A stretch of DNA of 64,000 nucleotides, from IMG/VR virus record IMGVR_UViG_3300027858_000004, positions 1 through 64,000 of that record; one strand, 5' to 3'. This DNA comes from a virus. Taxonomy: Duplodnaviria > Caudoviricetes. Positions 20,811-30,455 of this stretch are shown piece after piece (within the stretch, counting starts at the first letter, position 1; each line of letters starts with the position of its first letter). Made by a program: the position numbers and the translations under genes. A model generated the notes under the pieces. That model saw only the letters and a program-made list of their open reading frames with translations, was not told the origin of the DNA and ran no database searches.

Positions 20811-21787
20811 ATGAATCAACAATTGAGTATCTACCAATTAGAACGTGTAACTTCTCTTATTGAAAAACACCTAGAAGGATTGAGTGAGTGGACTAGTGGA
20901 GAACATGATGAAGAGTATCGTGAGTACAGTGAAATTAACAAGACATTGAATGAGCTTATGAGTGTTAAGATTTCAGTAAATAAAAAAGATGTAGTGGAAA
21001 TACATGGCTATGTAGACCAATTAATAAGTAACGATAACGGTGAATTTGATATTTTTGGAAGTTCTTATCTATTGGTTCCTAGAGAGTGGGCTTTGAACGT
21101 GGTAATAGAACAAGGCTTCAAAGATTTAGAAGATTTCTTTTCTAGTTACAATTATGATGATACAATGGATTTGATTGACCTAGCAATTCAAGATGGTGTA
21201 TTACTGGGGACAGGAACTGGCTTACAACCACATCTTTTAGACGGAGGTAAATAAATGACACAGTGGAATTACAAAATAAACGGTGAAAGATTAAGAGAGG
21301 CAACACAAAAAGACGATGAGTGGGAAACATTGGTAGAATTAGATAAAGTGTTAAAGTCTTTTGCTCCAAAGATTAAAGATGAATACATGGCACAAGATTT
21401 TGAAGAGTTAATTGAAATAGTCGATAGTGAAGTTTTAGAGGGTAAGGATGCAATAGAGCAATTCTTAGAAGAGGAAGATGCACAAGAAGACCTACAGGAG
21501 CTTGTAAACGACAGACTTTCAGAGTTCTATGACTTATGTGATGGATGGCGAGTATGGATAACATTATAGTCTTTATATTATCATTTTTAAAAAGCTTGTT
21601 TACCACTAGTTTAATAGGAACATTGATTAATTTCATTTTGGCGACATATCTCTATAGAAGAGGAATTAAAAAACATGACACCAATCCTAATAGTCTAAGT
21701 GTGTTTATCCCTTCAATGTGTTTATTGTTCTTTACTGGGATTGTAGGGGTAATATTAGCTATAATTGTTTACAAAGATATAAATTAA
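20811..21787 (+). other. operon of three hypothetical ORFs (20811, 21255, 21545 membrane)
   Basis: Promoter at 20748; RBSs; adjacent or overlapping frames. Confidence 0.65.
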
Positions 21788-21855
21788 GTATTGACAAATA
21801 TTAATGTTTGTGCTATAATTTACTTATAAGCTTAAGAGGAAGAGAGATGATATAA

Positions 21856-22545
21856 ATGGAACTATCAAAAAACAACAATAATAGTAAAGTCTTAGAGGAG
21901 TGGGACACAGAGCCGAATGAGCTAAGATTTGAGCATAATGGTCTGAAGTGTCTTGTTCTTAGAATGGAACAATTGGGACATTTATGTGGGTATGTAGGAA
22001 TTAAAGAATATCCAGTAGACTTTGATGAATATTCAATAGATGTTCATGGTGGAGTCACTTATGAGTCTACAGTTGAAAATTCTTTTGGTGTTATGAAAGA
22101 TTACTTTGAAGACTGTAAACATGTTATTGGATTCGATGCGGCTCATTATATGGATATATCTCCAAAGATGGAGACAATGTTAAATAAGCATCTATATGGT
22201 GGAACATACAAGAATATGGCATATATGAAAGAAGAGACGATTAAACTTGCAGAACAATTAGCGAGAACTGAATCTGAATTTGTAAAAACCTTTAAAAACT
22301 GGAAGGGTGACTTAAACAGTTATTTACAGGTTGGAGACATTGTTGATGATGAGTTGCGCAATCACTTTATTAATGTTCTTCCTCCAATCACACACACAAG
22401 CAACTTAATTCAAATGGGAGAGCCTTATAATCATATTAATGGTGAAGCCATTTTTAGCACTTTGGAACGTGTGGGGGTAGAGTCAAACTGGGTTTATCGT
22501 GGAAATTGCTTTAAAGGAAGTACAGTCGATTACACAGATAAATAA
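21856..22545 (+). CDS. conserved phage protein (GHLCGYV/HGG.TY/GFD.AH family) fused to a second domain
   Basis: GHLCGYVG, DVHGGVTY, IGFDAAH motifs. Confidence 0.75.
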   Translation: MELSKNNNNSKVLEEWDTEPNELRFEHNGLKCLVLRMEQLGHLCGYVGIKEYPVDFDEYSIDVHGGVTYESTVENSFGVMKDYFEDCKHVIGFDAAHYMDISPKMETMLNKHLYGGTYKNMAYMKEETIKLAEQLARTESEFVKTFKNWKGDLNSYLQVGDIVDDELRNHFINVLPPITHTSNLIQMGEPYNHINGEAIFSTLERVGVESNWVYRGNCFKGSTVDYTDK

Positions 22546-22642
22546 GAGATTAAATTCTCTTATTTATTCTTAAGATAGTTATTGACAAGTATTGGTTAAT
22601 GTGCTATAATTAATTTATAAGTAAGAAACAAATGAAACGGAG

Positions 22643-22972
22643 ATGGTAAGAGTGAAAGAAAAAATTGAAATATACAGTAACGCAGATTTCAGAAAAATAG
22701 TTGCAGACTTTCTTACAGATAAAACAGATGGGGGTGCTGACGATGGCATAGTAAGAGAGACATTTAAGCTGATTGACATAGTTAAAGAAAAAATAAATCT
22801 TGGAGAAAGTAATATTATTCTTGAAGATATGAATGTATGGTGTGGAACATCTGATGTCGTTGATGCTATGCTAGAGCTATATGATTACAAGTGGTCTGAA
22901 AAACTATCAAAAGTCGATGACTATATACACGTTTATGTAAAGAAAGAAGAAGTTGACTCGCTATTTGAATAA
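22643..22972 (+). CDS. hypothetical protein
   Basis: ORF after promoter at 22582. Confidence 0.65.
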   Translation: MVRVKEKIEIYSNADFRKIVADFLTDKTDGGADDGIVRETFKLIDIVKEKINLGESNIILEDMNVWCGTSDVVDAMLELYDYKWSEKLSKVDDYIHVYVKKEEVDSLFE

Positions 22973-23145
22973 ATACTTATTGACAAAACAATAGTAATGT
23001 GCTATAATTAAGTTGTAGGTAAACCGATAAAAGTATAATATTATTTGAAGAAAAGGACAACTTTCATTGTTGTCGCAAGCTCATATTGAGACTATGCATT
23101 TGCGAGAGCAATGAAGTGAGCTTAAAAAAAGTGGGGGTGCAACAA

Positions 23146-23343
23146 GTGATTGAGATAGAAGATGACTTTGTTTATATTCATAAGATGGAATTAGATGATT
23201 TAAAAAGAGGAAAGCTATGTTTTGCATACTTGCAAGCAGAAGGAAAAAGCGAAGATTTTAATATAATACAATCATCATCATTAAGCTTTTTGTTTAAAAT
23301 AGATGAGAATAAATATGAAGTGGTAATTAATAATTCAATATAA
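23146..23343 (+). CDS. hypothetical protein (start revised) with structured leader
   Basis: GGGGGTG RBS before GTG 23146. Confidence 0.55.
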   Translation: MIEIEDDFVYIHKMELDDLKRGKLCFAYLQAEGKSEDFNIIQSSSLSFLFKIDENKYEVVINNSI

Positions 23344-23424
23344 AGTGTTATAACAATATTATAAATAGATATTGACAAATTAAGTGAAATGTGTTATACT
23401 TAGTTAGTAGTAAGGAGAGACAAC

Positions 23425-23997
23425 ATGAAAGCTTATCTTATCAACTTAGGGAAGTACAACGAAGGTGAGAGCATAGGTAATTGGCTCACGTTACCATATG
23501 AAGAAGAGGAATTGGAAAGCATTCTAATTCAAATCAAAGTCGCCACCATGACAGATGGTAAATTTTCTTTCGGCTATATAGAGAGAAATCAGATATATGA
23601 AGAGTTTGCCATTCATGGTTTTGAATCCGACAATGGAATTGAACTAGAAATATCAGAGTATGAAAGAATAGAAAGAGTCAATAACATCACAAAAGAAATT
23701 GTTACATTGGAAATAGAAGAATTAGAAATACTAAAGGCTTTCATCGGACTATATAATAACAATCTTGATAATGTGGAGATGGGGATTGAAGTAGTCCAAG
23801 AGAATAAGTACATTATATATCATGATTGCAATAATCCAAAGGATTTAGGATACACCTACATGCTTGTTACAAATCAACTAGATGGATTAAGCAATGAAGT
23901 TAAAAAGTATGTGGACTTTAAAAAGATTGGCAGTGACATTATGGAAGGTGGAACCTTTGTTCAAATGGAGAGTAAGTATATAGAGTTTATTCATTAA
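23425..23997 (+). CDS. ardA: ArdA anti-restriction protein
   Basis: YLINLGKYNEG..IGNWLTLP, EEFAIH, YVDFKKIGSD ArdA motifs. Confidence 0.85.
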   Translation: MKAYLINLGKYNEGESIGNWLTLPYEEEELESILIQIKVATMTDGKFSFGYIERNQIYEEFAIHGFESDNGIELEISEYERIERVNNITKEIVTLEIEELEILKAFIGLYNNNLDNVEMGIEVVQENKYIIYHDCNNPKDLGYTYMLVTNQLDGLSNEVKKYVDFKKIGSDIMEGGTFVQMESKYIEFIH

Positions 23998-24200
23998 GGC
24001 TCTATATACTTAAGTTATTAATTACTTAATACATGTTTAAACTTTTAAATAAAGGAGCATGATATGAATACATATAAAGAAGATTATCACATAAGGCAAT
24101 TTAAAATTAGTGACGAGAACATTTAATAGTGTTTTGGTCAGTGAGTTTAAAATAGATATATGTCGCAGAGGCTTATGGAAAATAAAAGGGGAAATATAAA

Positions 24201-25256
24201 ATGGAAAATTTAGTTATTTTAAAACAATCAGAAACCAATGCAAGTAAAATAATATCAAAATTTATCGACAAAAAAAAGGAGAAAAGTGACAATACTTCAA
24301 TTTCCTATAAAACAGACATTGTGCAATTTACACTGGAAGTGTATAATAAGACATTGGAACATGTTACCCATCATGATTGGAACAGACTAAACGAAGAAAC
24401 TTTTCTAGGTTACTATGATAAACTATATAAAGAGAAGGTTAATGGTAAGAAGAAATATAAAAACAATACCATTAACAGAAAGATTTCTTCTATAAAGGAG
24501 TTATTGCGATATCTAAAAAAGAACAAAATAATAACATCAGATATTTCATATTTAGATACACTTGATAAATATATTGATGATGCTGAATCAGTTGAACCAA
24601 TGCCCCTAGATGTTGCCTTACAATATGCAGAACACATCTTAAAGACAGAACGATACAAAGCATATGAGAAGTATTGTATAAGCTTACTTGCAATTGACAC
24701 AGGACTTAGACAGTCTGAGTTAATTAATCTAAAGGTGTCAGATTTTGTTTATGAGAAAGAATATGTAATTATACGAGGCAGAGGAAAAGGAAACAAGAAA
24801 TGGATAAAGAAAATAAGTCATGAGTTGTTTGCAAAGATATGTAAAATAGATAGCAATAGCGAGGGTAAAATATTTACTATAAGTACTAAAAACGTCATAG
24901 ATATGATGGCAAGAGCGAGAAAACAATTGAATCATGAGGGTAGAAAATATAGTTTCCACTCATTCAGAAAAACGGCAGTGACATTTGGATATAGACAAAC
25001 AGGAGATATTATGGAGGCAAAAAGAATTGCTAATCACAGTAATCTGAAAACGACTCAACTATATGTTGAAGAAGAGGATTATGGTATGACTGGTGCAATA
25101 TCAATTGGAGAAAACATTAATCCAAACCTTTATAAAGAAGTTCCTCATAAATTACTATTACAAGGATTAGAGCAACTTAGAAAAGACAGTCTCTTCTTAC
25201 TCAACATAGCAATAGACAAAATAGAAAAACAAGATACATCTATAACAGAAAACTAA
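24201..25256 (+). CDS. tyrosine recombinase (XerC/D-like; SPbeta YopP/SroD-like)
   Basis: Complete catalytic set: TGLR, GKGNK, HSFR, ANHS...TTQLY. Confidence 0.9.
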   Translation: MENLVILKQSETNASKIISKFIDKKKEKSDNTSISYKTDIVQFTLEVYNKTLEHVTHHDWNRLNEETFLGYYDKLYKEKVNGKKKYKNNTINRKISSIKELLRYLKKNKIITSDISYLDTLDKYIDDAESVEPMPLDVALQYAEHILKTERYKAYEKYCISLLAIDTGLRQSELINLKVSDFVYEKEYVIIRGRGKGNKKWIKKISHELFAKICKIDSNSEGKIFTISTKNVIDMMARARKQLNHEGRKYSFHSFRKTAVTFGYRQTGDIMEAKRIANHSNLKTTQLYVEEEDYGMTGAISIGENINPNLYKEVPHKLLLQGLEQLRKDSLFLLNIAIDKIEKQDTSITEN

Positions 25257-25277
25257 AATTAGAACGGAGGGAAATCA

Positions 25278-26597
25278 GTGAGAACTGGAAAGAACAAAGT
25301 AGACCTACTAAACATAGTAATAGAAAATATAGATTTAGTAAGAAGAAATGCGAAAGCAGACAATGAAATAAAAGAGCAGCTAAGTGAATATGGTGTTTTG
25401 GAGGGAGAAGTTCAAAAATACTTTAATAATCCAAAGCTAATGCAAGATATTGACATAAGATTATTTGGACTTATTACAGAACAAATATATCTTAAAACAG
25501 GGGTAAAAGAATTAGATATAAAAGATTGGTTTAATAAAAGTGAAATAACTGAGATGCACCAATTTTATATGGATAATGAGGCTGACGAAGAGGTTTTTCC
25601 TCTAACACTAGAAAACGTTTTCAGAGTGGATGCTGATGTTTGGAGCTGTCCTGTAGATATTAAAACTATTGCAAGACTGATGAAAGCAAACCTTCTATAT
25701 TACAACTATGATATCCAAAGACAAGCAACAATTAAAAAAAGATTAGATGAGATAATAGTCCGTCCCACAGTAAACAAGAAGAATGTAAAAGAAATGACAA
25801 GTCTTCTATTAAAGAAAGAATTACTTCCTACACCTTTGGCTTTTAACGGAGCAATTAGAACATCGGATAGTGGAGAAGAGTTTATTTACAACAATAAAAG
25901 CCATACATTGACAATAACAGAGGGAACTAGATTAGACATATTAGATGGCTATCATAGGTGTTTAGCTAGTCTTGAGGCATATTCTAAAAATCCTGAATTA
26001 AGTTTTAACTTTACAGTACAATTTACAAATTGGTCTACAAGCAAAGCACAACAATATCAAGCTCAATTATCGAAGGCGACTCCGATACCAAAATCCAGAG
26101 CAGAAGAGCTAGAGAAGAGTAGATATGCTGATTTAATAGTGCAACAATTAAAGACTGAATCAGACCTAAAAAACAGAGTAGGTTCAGACAAGAGATTGAA
26201 CACAGTTGCAGGAGAAATTGTAAATTACAGTGTTCTTACAAAAGCAATAGACACTGAATTTCATGTTAAATCTAAAATGGATGCAAATGATGTTGGAGAC
26301 TATTTAGTAAAATTCTTTGACCATCTTCTAGGATATTTTTTAGAGAGATTTGAGTCAAGAAATGACAGTGACTTATTAAGAAACAATAAAATGTTCTTTG
26401 GATATGTTGTATTAGCAAAAAGATTTAGAGACAATGGTATACCACTTAAGAATATAAAAGAAGTTCTTGAAGGTATAGATTTTGATAGAAAAGGAAATCA
26501 CTGGGAAGAGTATAAAATTATTAAAAATGGTTACTTTACAACCAATGCAGAAAAAGGAATTAAAAAATATTTTGACTCAATTGAATTAACAAAATAA
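25278..26597 (+). CDS. DndB/DGQHR (ParB-like) domain protein, YopQ/SroE-like
   Basis: YNYDIQR and ILDGYHR motifs; position between two recombinase-fold genes. Confidence 0.75.
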   Translation: MRTGKNKVDLLNIVIENIDLVRRNAKADNEIKEQLSEYGVLEGEVQKYFNNPKLMQDIDIRLFGLITEQIYLKTGVKELDIKDWFNKSEITEMHQFYMDNEADEEVFPLTLENVFRVDADVWSCPVDIKTIARLMKANLLYYNYDIQRQATIKKRLDEIIVRPTVNKKNVKEMTSLLLKKELLPTPLAFNGAIRTSDSGEEFIYNNKSHTLTITEGTRLDILDGYHRCLASLEAYSKNPELSFNFTVQFTNWSTSKAQQYQAQLSKATPIPKSRAEELEKSRYADLIVQQLKTESDLKNRVGSDKRLNTVAGEIVNYSVLTKAIDTEFHVKSKMDANDVGDYLVKFFDHLLGYFLERFESRNDSDLLRNNKMFFGYVVLAKRFRDNGIPLKNIKEVLEGIDFDRKGNHWEEYKIIKNGYFTTNAEKGIKKYFDSIELTK

Positions 26598-26633
26598 AAA
26601 TACGAACAATAAAAAGGGGAAAAAGGTGAAGAT

Positions 26634-27638
26634 ATGATTAAATATGAAGATTTATATAATGAAGAGATTAAGAAAGAGTTCTTAGAAGAGATTGAACACA
26701 TACCAACAAGAACTACTATGTTCTTTTCATTAAGAAATGCTACAAAAACAGAGAGACAACTTAATAAAGATTTATATGAGATGAATATTGATGAACTTGC
26801 AGTTGTTCTAAATGGAGCAAAATCCTCTACTATTTCAAGTGTTCATAATTATATCATGTCATTTAGCAGATATATCGATTGGGCATATGGAAAAGGCTAT
26901 ATAGAAGGTAATATTAATCCATTATCACAGAAAGACCATGTGGAATGGGGAAGACAGTTTGTAACTTCATATTTAAATACTATTCTCACTAGAGAGCAAG
27001 TTATCGATATGCTACAAGAATTAGCAAATGAGATAGACCAAGCAGTGCTACTGGCTATATTTGAAGGTATTAGTGGAGAAGGATTTAGTGAGCTACTTAA
27101 TTTAAAAATGAAAGATATCGATGAAAAAGATGGGCTTTACTTTGCTAATTTAACAGATTTAAACGAAGACGAAAGAACTATTGAAATTACTAAAAAACTA
27201 TATAAACTATTAGACCAAGCAGATAATCAGTTAGAATACATTAATAGTAATGAGAATGGAACCTTACCACAGACATTTTATAGTCAACTATATGAAGGCG
27301 ATAGAGTCTTTAAGAAGTCCAAAAGAGGGAAAGTGACGGAAGATAATTTATTAACCCACTTGTTTGTCAATCGTAAGTTCAACATGTTTAAAAAGGTATT
27401 TGATAATCATTATCTAAATGCTAGAGACATTAGAAAAAGTGGCATCTGTCATATGGCATATAACCTATTCAAAGAAAAAGGTAAACTGGAGACAGAAGAC
27501 TATATTAAGATTGGTAATCACTATAATACAATTTGGACTAGTACAAACGGTAAAAGATATAGAAACGTTACGGCTATTAAAAAGATATTAAATAGTGAAA
27601 CTGTAATCGATACTTACAAAGTAGATATGACTAAATAA
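26634..27638 (+). CDS. recombinase-fold repressor, YopR/MrpR/SroF-like
   Basis: IFEGISGEGFSELLNLK lacks the catalytic R; RDIRKSG lacks the H of HxxR; synteny. Confidence 0.75.
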   Translation: MIKYEDLYNEEIKKEFLEEIEHIPTRTTMFFSLRNATKTERQLNKDLYEMNIDELAVVLNGAKSSTISSVHNYIMSFSRYIDWAYGKGYIEGNINPLSQKDHVEWGRQFVTSYLNTILTREQVIDMLQELANEIDQAVLLAIFEGISGEGFSELLNLKMKDIDEKDGLYFANLTDLNEDERTIEITKKLYKLLDQADNQLEYINSNENGTLPQTFYSQLYEGDRVFKKSKRGKVTEDNLLTHLFVNRKFNMFKKVFDNHYLNARDIRKSGICHMAYNLFKEKGKLETEDYIKIGNHYNTIWTSTNGKRYRNVTAIKKILNSETVIDTYKVDMTK

Positions 27639-27650
27639 TTATGTATAACA

Positions 27651-27684
27651 GTCTTTTAATTGTCAAGCTGACGATTTAAAAGAC
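27651..27684. terminator. hairpin after the repressor-like gene
   Basis: GTCTTTTAATTGTCA-AGC-TGACGATTTAAAAGAC. Confidence 0.55.
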
Positions 27685-28005
27685 CTAGATAAAAACTATT
27701 TATTGATAAATGAAATCTTATATTGTTTTTGAAGAACTACTTTTAATAGGCGCTTAGACCCACTAACTAGTCTAAATGACACAAATTGTTCTTATTTCTT
27801 CAAAAAGAGTGTACGAACCATGTTTTACCAGTAGTAATTTAGGTGGGACATGTTATACTCATTTAGGTAGAACGACTAAATTTACAGGTACTTTTATAGG
27901 TAAAAAGAATAATGTACTTTAATATATTTGACAATATCTTTGAATGCCAGTAATATAAAAAATGCTAGTTTTAGCAGAAGCTAAATTTAACCAAATATAT
28001 TACAG

Positions 28006-28048
28006 TTGACATCTGAATGTAACATATGTAATATGGGAACATAAGTTC
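28006..28048 (+). promoter_or_regulatory. sigma-A promoter with LexA (DinR/Cheo) SOS box
   Basis: TTGACA 28006, 17 bp, TAATAT 28029, then GAAC-ATAA-GTTC 28037-28048. Confidence 0.7.
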
Positions 28049-28099
28049 TCCTCAAGTCGTAGCCAACGGACAATTTAAATATATAGTGGGGGTAAGTGT

Positions 28100-28312
28100 G
28101 TGATTAATCTTAGTGGTAAAGTAATATTTTATTTTGATACAGAAGAATTTGGTGTTGAAGATTTGGTAAGTAATTTAGATGACACAAACGTTAGATATAT
28201 TACAGTAACTACAGAGGACGGTAGCGAGATAAAACTATCACCAACACAACTTCTGTTAAAAGGGTTGGTAAGCTTTAATGATGAGACTGAAGAAGAAATA
28301 GAAATCATATAA
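28100..28312 (+). CDS. small acidic protein, candidate SOS-induced antirepressor
   Basis: 16 D/E versus 4 K/R in 70 aa; downstream of LexA box; next to repressor module. Confidence 0.6.
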   Translation: MINLSGKVIFYFDTEEFGVEDLVSNLDDTNVRYITVTTEDGSEIKLSPTQLLLKGLVSFNDETEEEIEII

Positions 28313-28370
28313 TAAAAACTATATATCTTCAATTCAACGGACTAAAGCAATGAATTATTAAATAGATTAG

Positions 28371-28411
28371 TAATTTCAAATAAGCTAAGTTACATGGCTT
28401 ATTTGAAATTA
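28371..28411. terminator. hairpin
   Basis: TAATTTCAAATAAGC...GCTTATTTGAAATTA. Confidence 0.6.
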
Positions 28412-28431
28412 AATAATAGGAGATGATTATA

Positions 28432-28596
28432 TTGGTAAGTATTATATCTAGTAAATTGGAATGTAAGTGTTGCAGTAGCATATTCCCAATACCACGAAGA
28501 AAGTCGGGAAAGAGAGAAAAAGGTCATATTAAGCATTTGTGGTGTATCAAGTGTAAAGAAAGAACAGAACACATTGAGCAATCGTACTATTGGTAA
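28432..28596 (+). CDS. ribosomal protein L33-like Zn ribbon (54 aa, not in ORF track)
   Basis: AGGAG RBS, TTG start; LECKCC..IFPIPR...KGHIKHLWCIKCKERTEH. Confidence 0.65.
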   Translation: MVSIISSKLECKCCSSIFPIPRRKSGKREKGHIKHLWCIKCKERTEHIEQSYYW

Positions 28597-28732
28597 TCAC
28601 ATATAACAGAAATAAAAAATTAGAGCTTGGATTTTAAACTATATATTGACAAGCTATCTTGTTGAGATGGATTTTCAATTTATATATAACAGAAATCAAA
28701 AATTAGAGCATGGGACTTAGGAGGAAACAAAA

Positions 28733-29950
28733 ATGATAAAAGTAAAAGGAACACAAACTAACGCAAAGATTTACTCGGAGAATAAACAAGAAACAGCTAT
28801 AGAGCAAATTAATGAGCTATGTAACCAATCATTTATGAAAGACCTGAAAATTCGTATAATGCCTGATTACCACGCAGGAAAAGGATGTGTAATTGGTACA
28901 ACAATTAAGTTAGAAGGTAAGGTAGTGCCAAACTTAGTTGGTGTAGATATTGGTTGTGGTATCTTGGTAGCTGAAATAGGTAAAAAGGAAATAGATTTTG
29001 CGAAATTAGATTCTGTAATTCGTGAGTGTGTTCCAAACGGAGCAAACACTCATGAAAAAAAGAATGAAAATAGAGATTATGACCGTTTCGATTCTGTTAA
29101 TTTTATTGCAGACGGAATATCAAATATTAGAACCAACCTTAGTCTTGGTACATTGGGTGGAGGAAATCATTTTATCGAGATATCTGTAGATGACGAAGGA
29201 AACCAATATCTATTAATCCACACAGGAAGTAGATATGTGGGGGCAAAAGTTGCTAAGTACCATCAGAAGAAAGCAACGGATTCAATTGCAATCAAGGATG
29301 TTTCAAAATTAATAGAGTCGCTGAAGGAACAAAATCGTCATTCAGAAATCCAAAGTGAGCTAAAGAAATATCAACAAGAGAATCCACCTGTTCATAAAGA
29401 CCTTGCCTATTTAGATGGTCAACTGTTCAACGACTATATTCACGATATGAAATTAGCACAAGCTTATGCAATAGATAATAGACTTGAGATTGCTGCAACA
29501 ATTATTACGAAAATGGATTTTGAAGTGATTGATGCTTTCGATAGCATTCATAACTACATTGATACAGAAAATATGATACTGCGCAAAGGGGCAACATCTG
29601 CACAAGAAGGTGAGCGCTTAGTAATACCTATTAATATGCGTGATGGCTCCATCATTGCAGTGGGTAAGGGTAATGAAGATTGGAACTACTCCGCGCCTCA
29701 TGGGGCTGGTCGTGTACTAAGCAGAACACAAGCGAATAGCCAACTGAACTTAGAGGAGTTTAAGAGTACTATGAGCGATGTGTGGACTACTTCTGTCAAT
29801 GAAGAAACACTCGATGAGTCTCCAATGGCTTACAAGTCAATGGAAGAAATCAAAAGTCAAATAGGCGATACAGTAGATATTTTAAAAATCGTTAAGCCAA
29901 TTTACAACTTCAAAGCAAGTGACAAATTTGTAAAAACAAAAATGAAATAA
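28733..29950 (+). CDS. rtcB: RtcB RNA ligase
   Basis: MPDYH, VGVDIGCG, GTLGGGNHF, HTGSR, HNY, RKGA, HGAGR, DESPMAYK. Confidence 0.95.
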   Translation: MIKVKGTQTNAKIYSENKQETAIEQINELCNQSFMKDLKIRIMPDYHAGKGCVIGTTIKLEGKVVPNLVGVDIGCGILVAEIGKKEIDFAKLDSVIRECVPNGANTHEKKNENRDYDRFDSVNFIADGISNIRTNLSLGTLGGGNHFIEISVDDEGNQYLLIHTGSRYVGAKVAKYHQKKATDSIAIKDVSKLIESLKEQNRHSEIQSELKKYQQENPPVHKDLAYLDGQLFNDYIHDMKLAQAYAIDNRLEIAATIITKMDFEVIDAFDSIHNYIDTENMILRKGATSAQEGERLVIPINMRDGSIIAVGKGNEDWNYSAPHGAGRVLSRTQANSQLNLEEFKSTMSDVWTTSVNEETLDESPMAYKSMEEIKSQIGDTVDILKIVKPIYNFKASDKFVKTKMK

Positions 29951-29989
29951 GCAAATAAAAACACTATTTTATGTGGAAATGAGGAAAAC

Positions 29990-30436
29990 ATGACCGAACA
30001 TAAAGCCGTTATTATGGGACAAATATACAGGGAGCATTTTTCATATAGGAGTCATTGGATGTATATTCCAGAAATTGATGAGAGTACTGTTCTAGATAGG
30101 TTTGAAAATCTTTGGGAGGGAAATATATATACAGATAAGATTATGGTGGGCGATTGTATTTACATTAATGAGCTAGATGTAAGAGCTGAAGTTCTAAACA
30201 GAGTAATATCCACTAATGGAGTAGTTACCTATGAAACAGACCACTTTATTAAGACTGAGAAAAACCAAAAGACAGAAGACTCATATAAGGTTGCACAACT
30301 AATGAAAAAGCGTACCGAAGCATTAAATGAAGCCGAAATAGAAGGAAAAAACAAATGGCGCAAAGAACTGGAAGAAGAAAGAGAATTAGTTTCCAATAAC
30401 CCTAAAGAGTCATGGTTTAAAAGAATTCTCGGATAA
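29990..30436 (+). CDS. hypothetical protein
   Basis: GAGG RBS. Confidence 0.7.
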   Translation: MTEHKAVIMGQIYREHFSYRSHWMYIPEIDESTVLDRFENLWEGNIYTDKIMVGDCIYINELDVRAEVLNRVISTNGVVTYETDHFIKTEKNQKTEDSYKVAQLMKKRTEALNEAEIEGKNKWRKELEEERELVSNNPKESWFKRILG

Positions 30437-30455
30437 TTACTAGGGGGCGACAAAT

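Larger units (their letters stand above)
590..23400 (+). promoter_or_regulatory. Array of ~23 near-consensus sigma-A early promoters (TAGWTA-TTGACA-N17-TATAAT with extended -10)
   Basis: TTGACA at 590, 938, 1949, 3283, 4462, 5089, 5934, 7653, 8577, 9167, 10239, 12607, 13978, 14585, 15855, 16912, 17390, 18614, 20748, 21791, 22582, 22980, 23372; each 17 bp (18 at 16912) from TATAAT/TATACT preceded by TG. Confidence 0.92.

Noticed and set aside
590-23400. Recurrent repeats as a possible CRISPR array
   Set aside because: The repeats are promoters or boundary sites separated by whole genes, not constant-length spacers; no cas genes
24064-24126. Short ORF as arbitrium aimP
   Set aside because: Only 20 codons, no hydrophobic signal peptide, and no upstream aimR-like TPR gene
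27814-27825. CGAACCATGTTT as a second LexA box
   Set aside because: Spacer is 3 bp rather than the required 4
28646-28674. TTGACA as another full early promoter
   Set aside because: No -10 element at 16-18 bp
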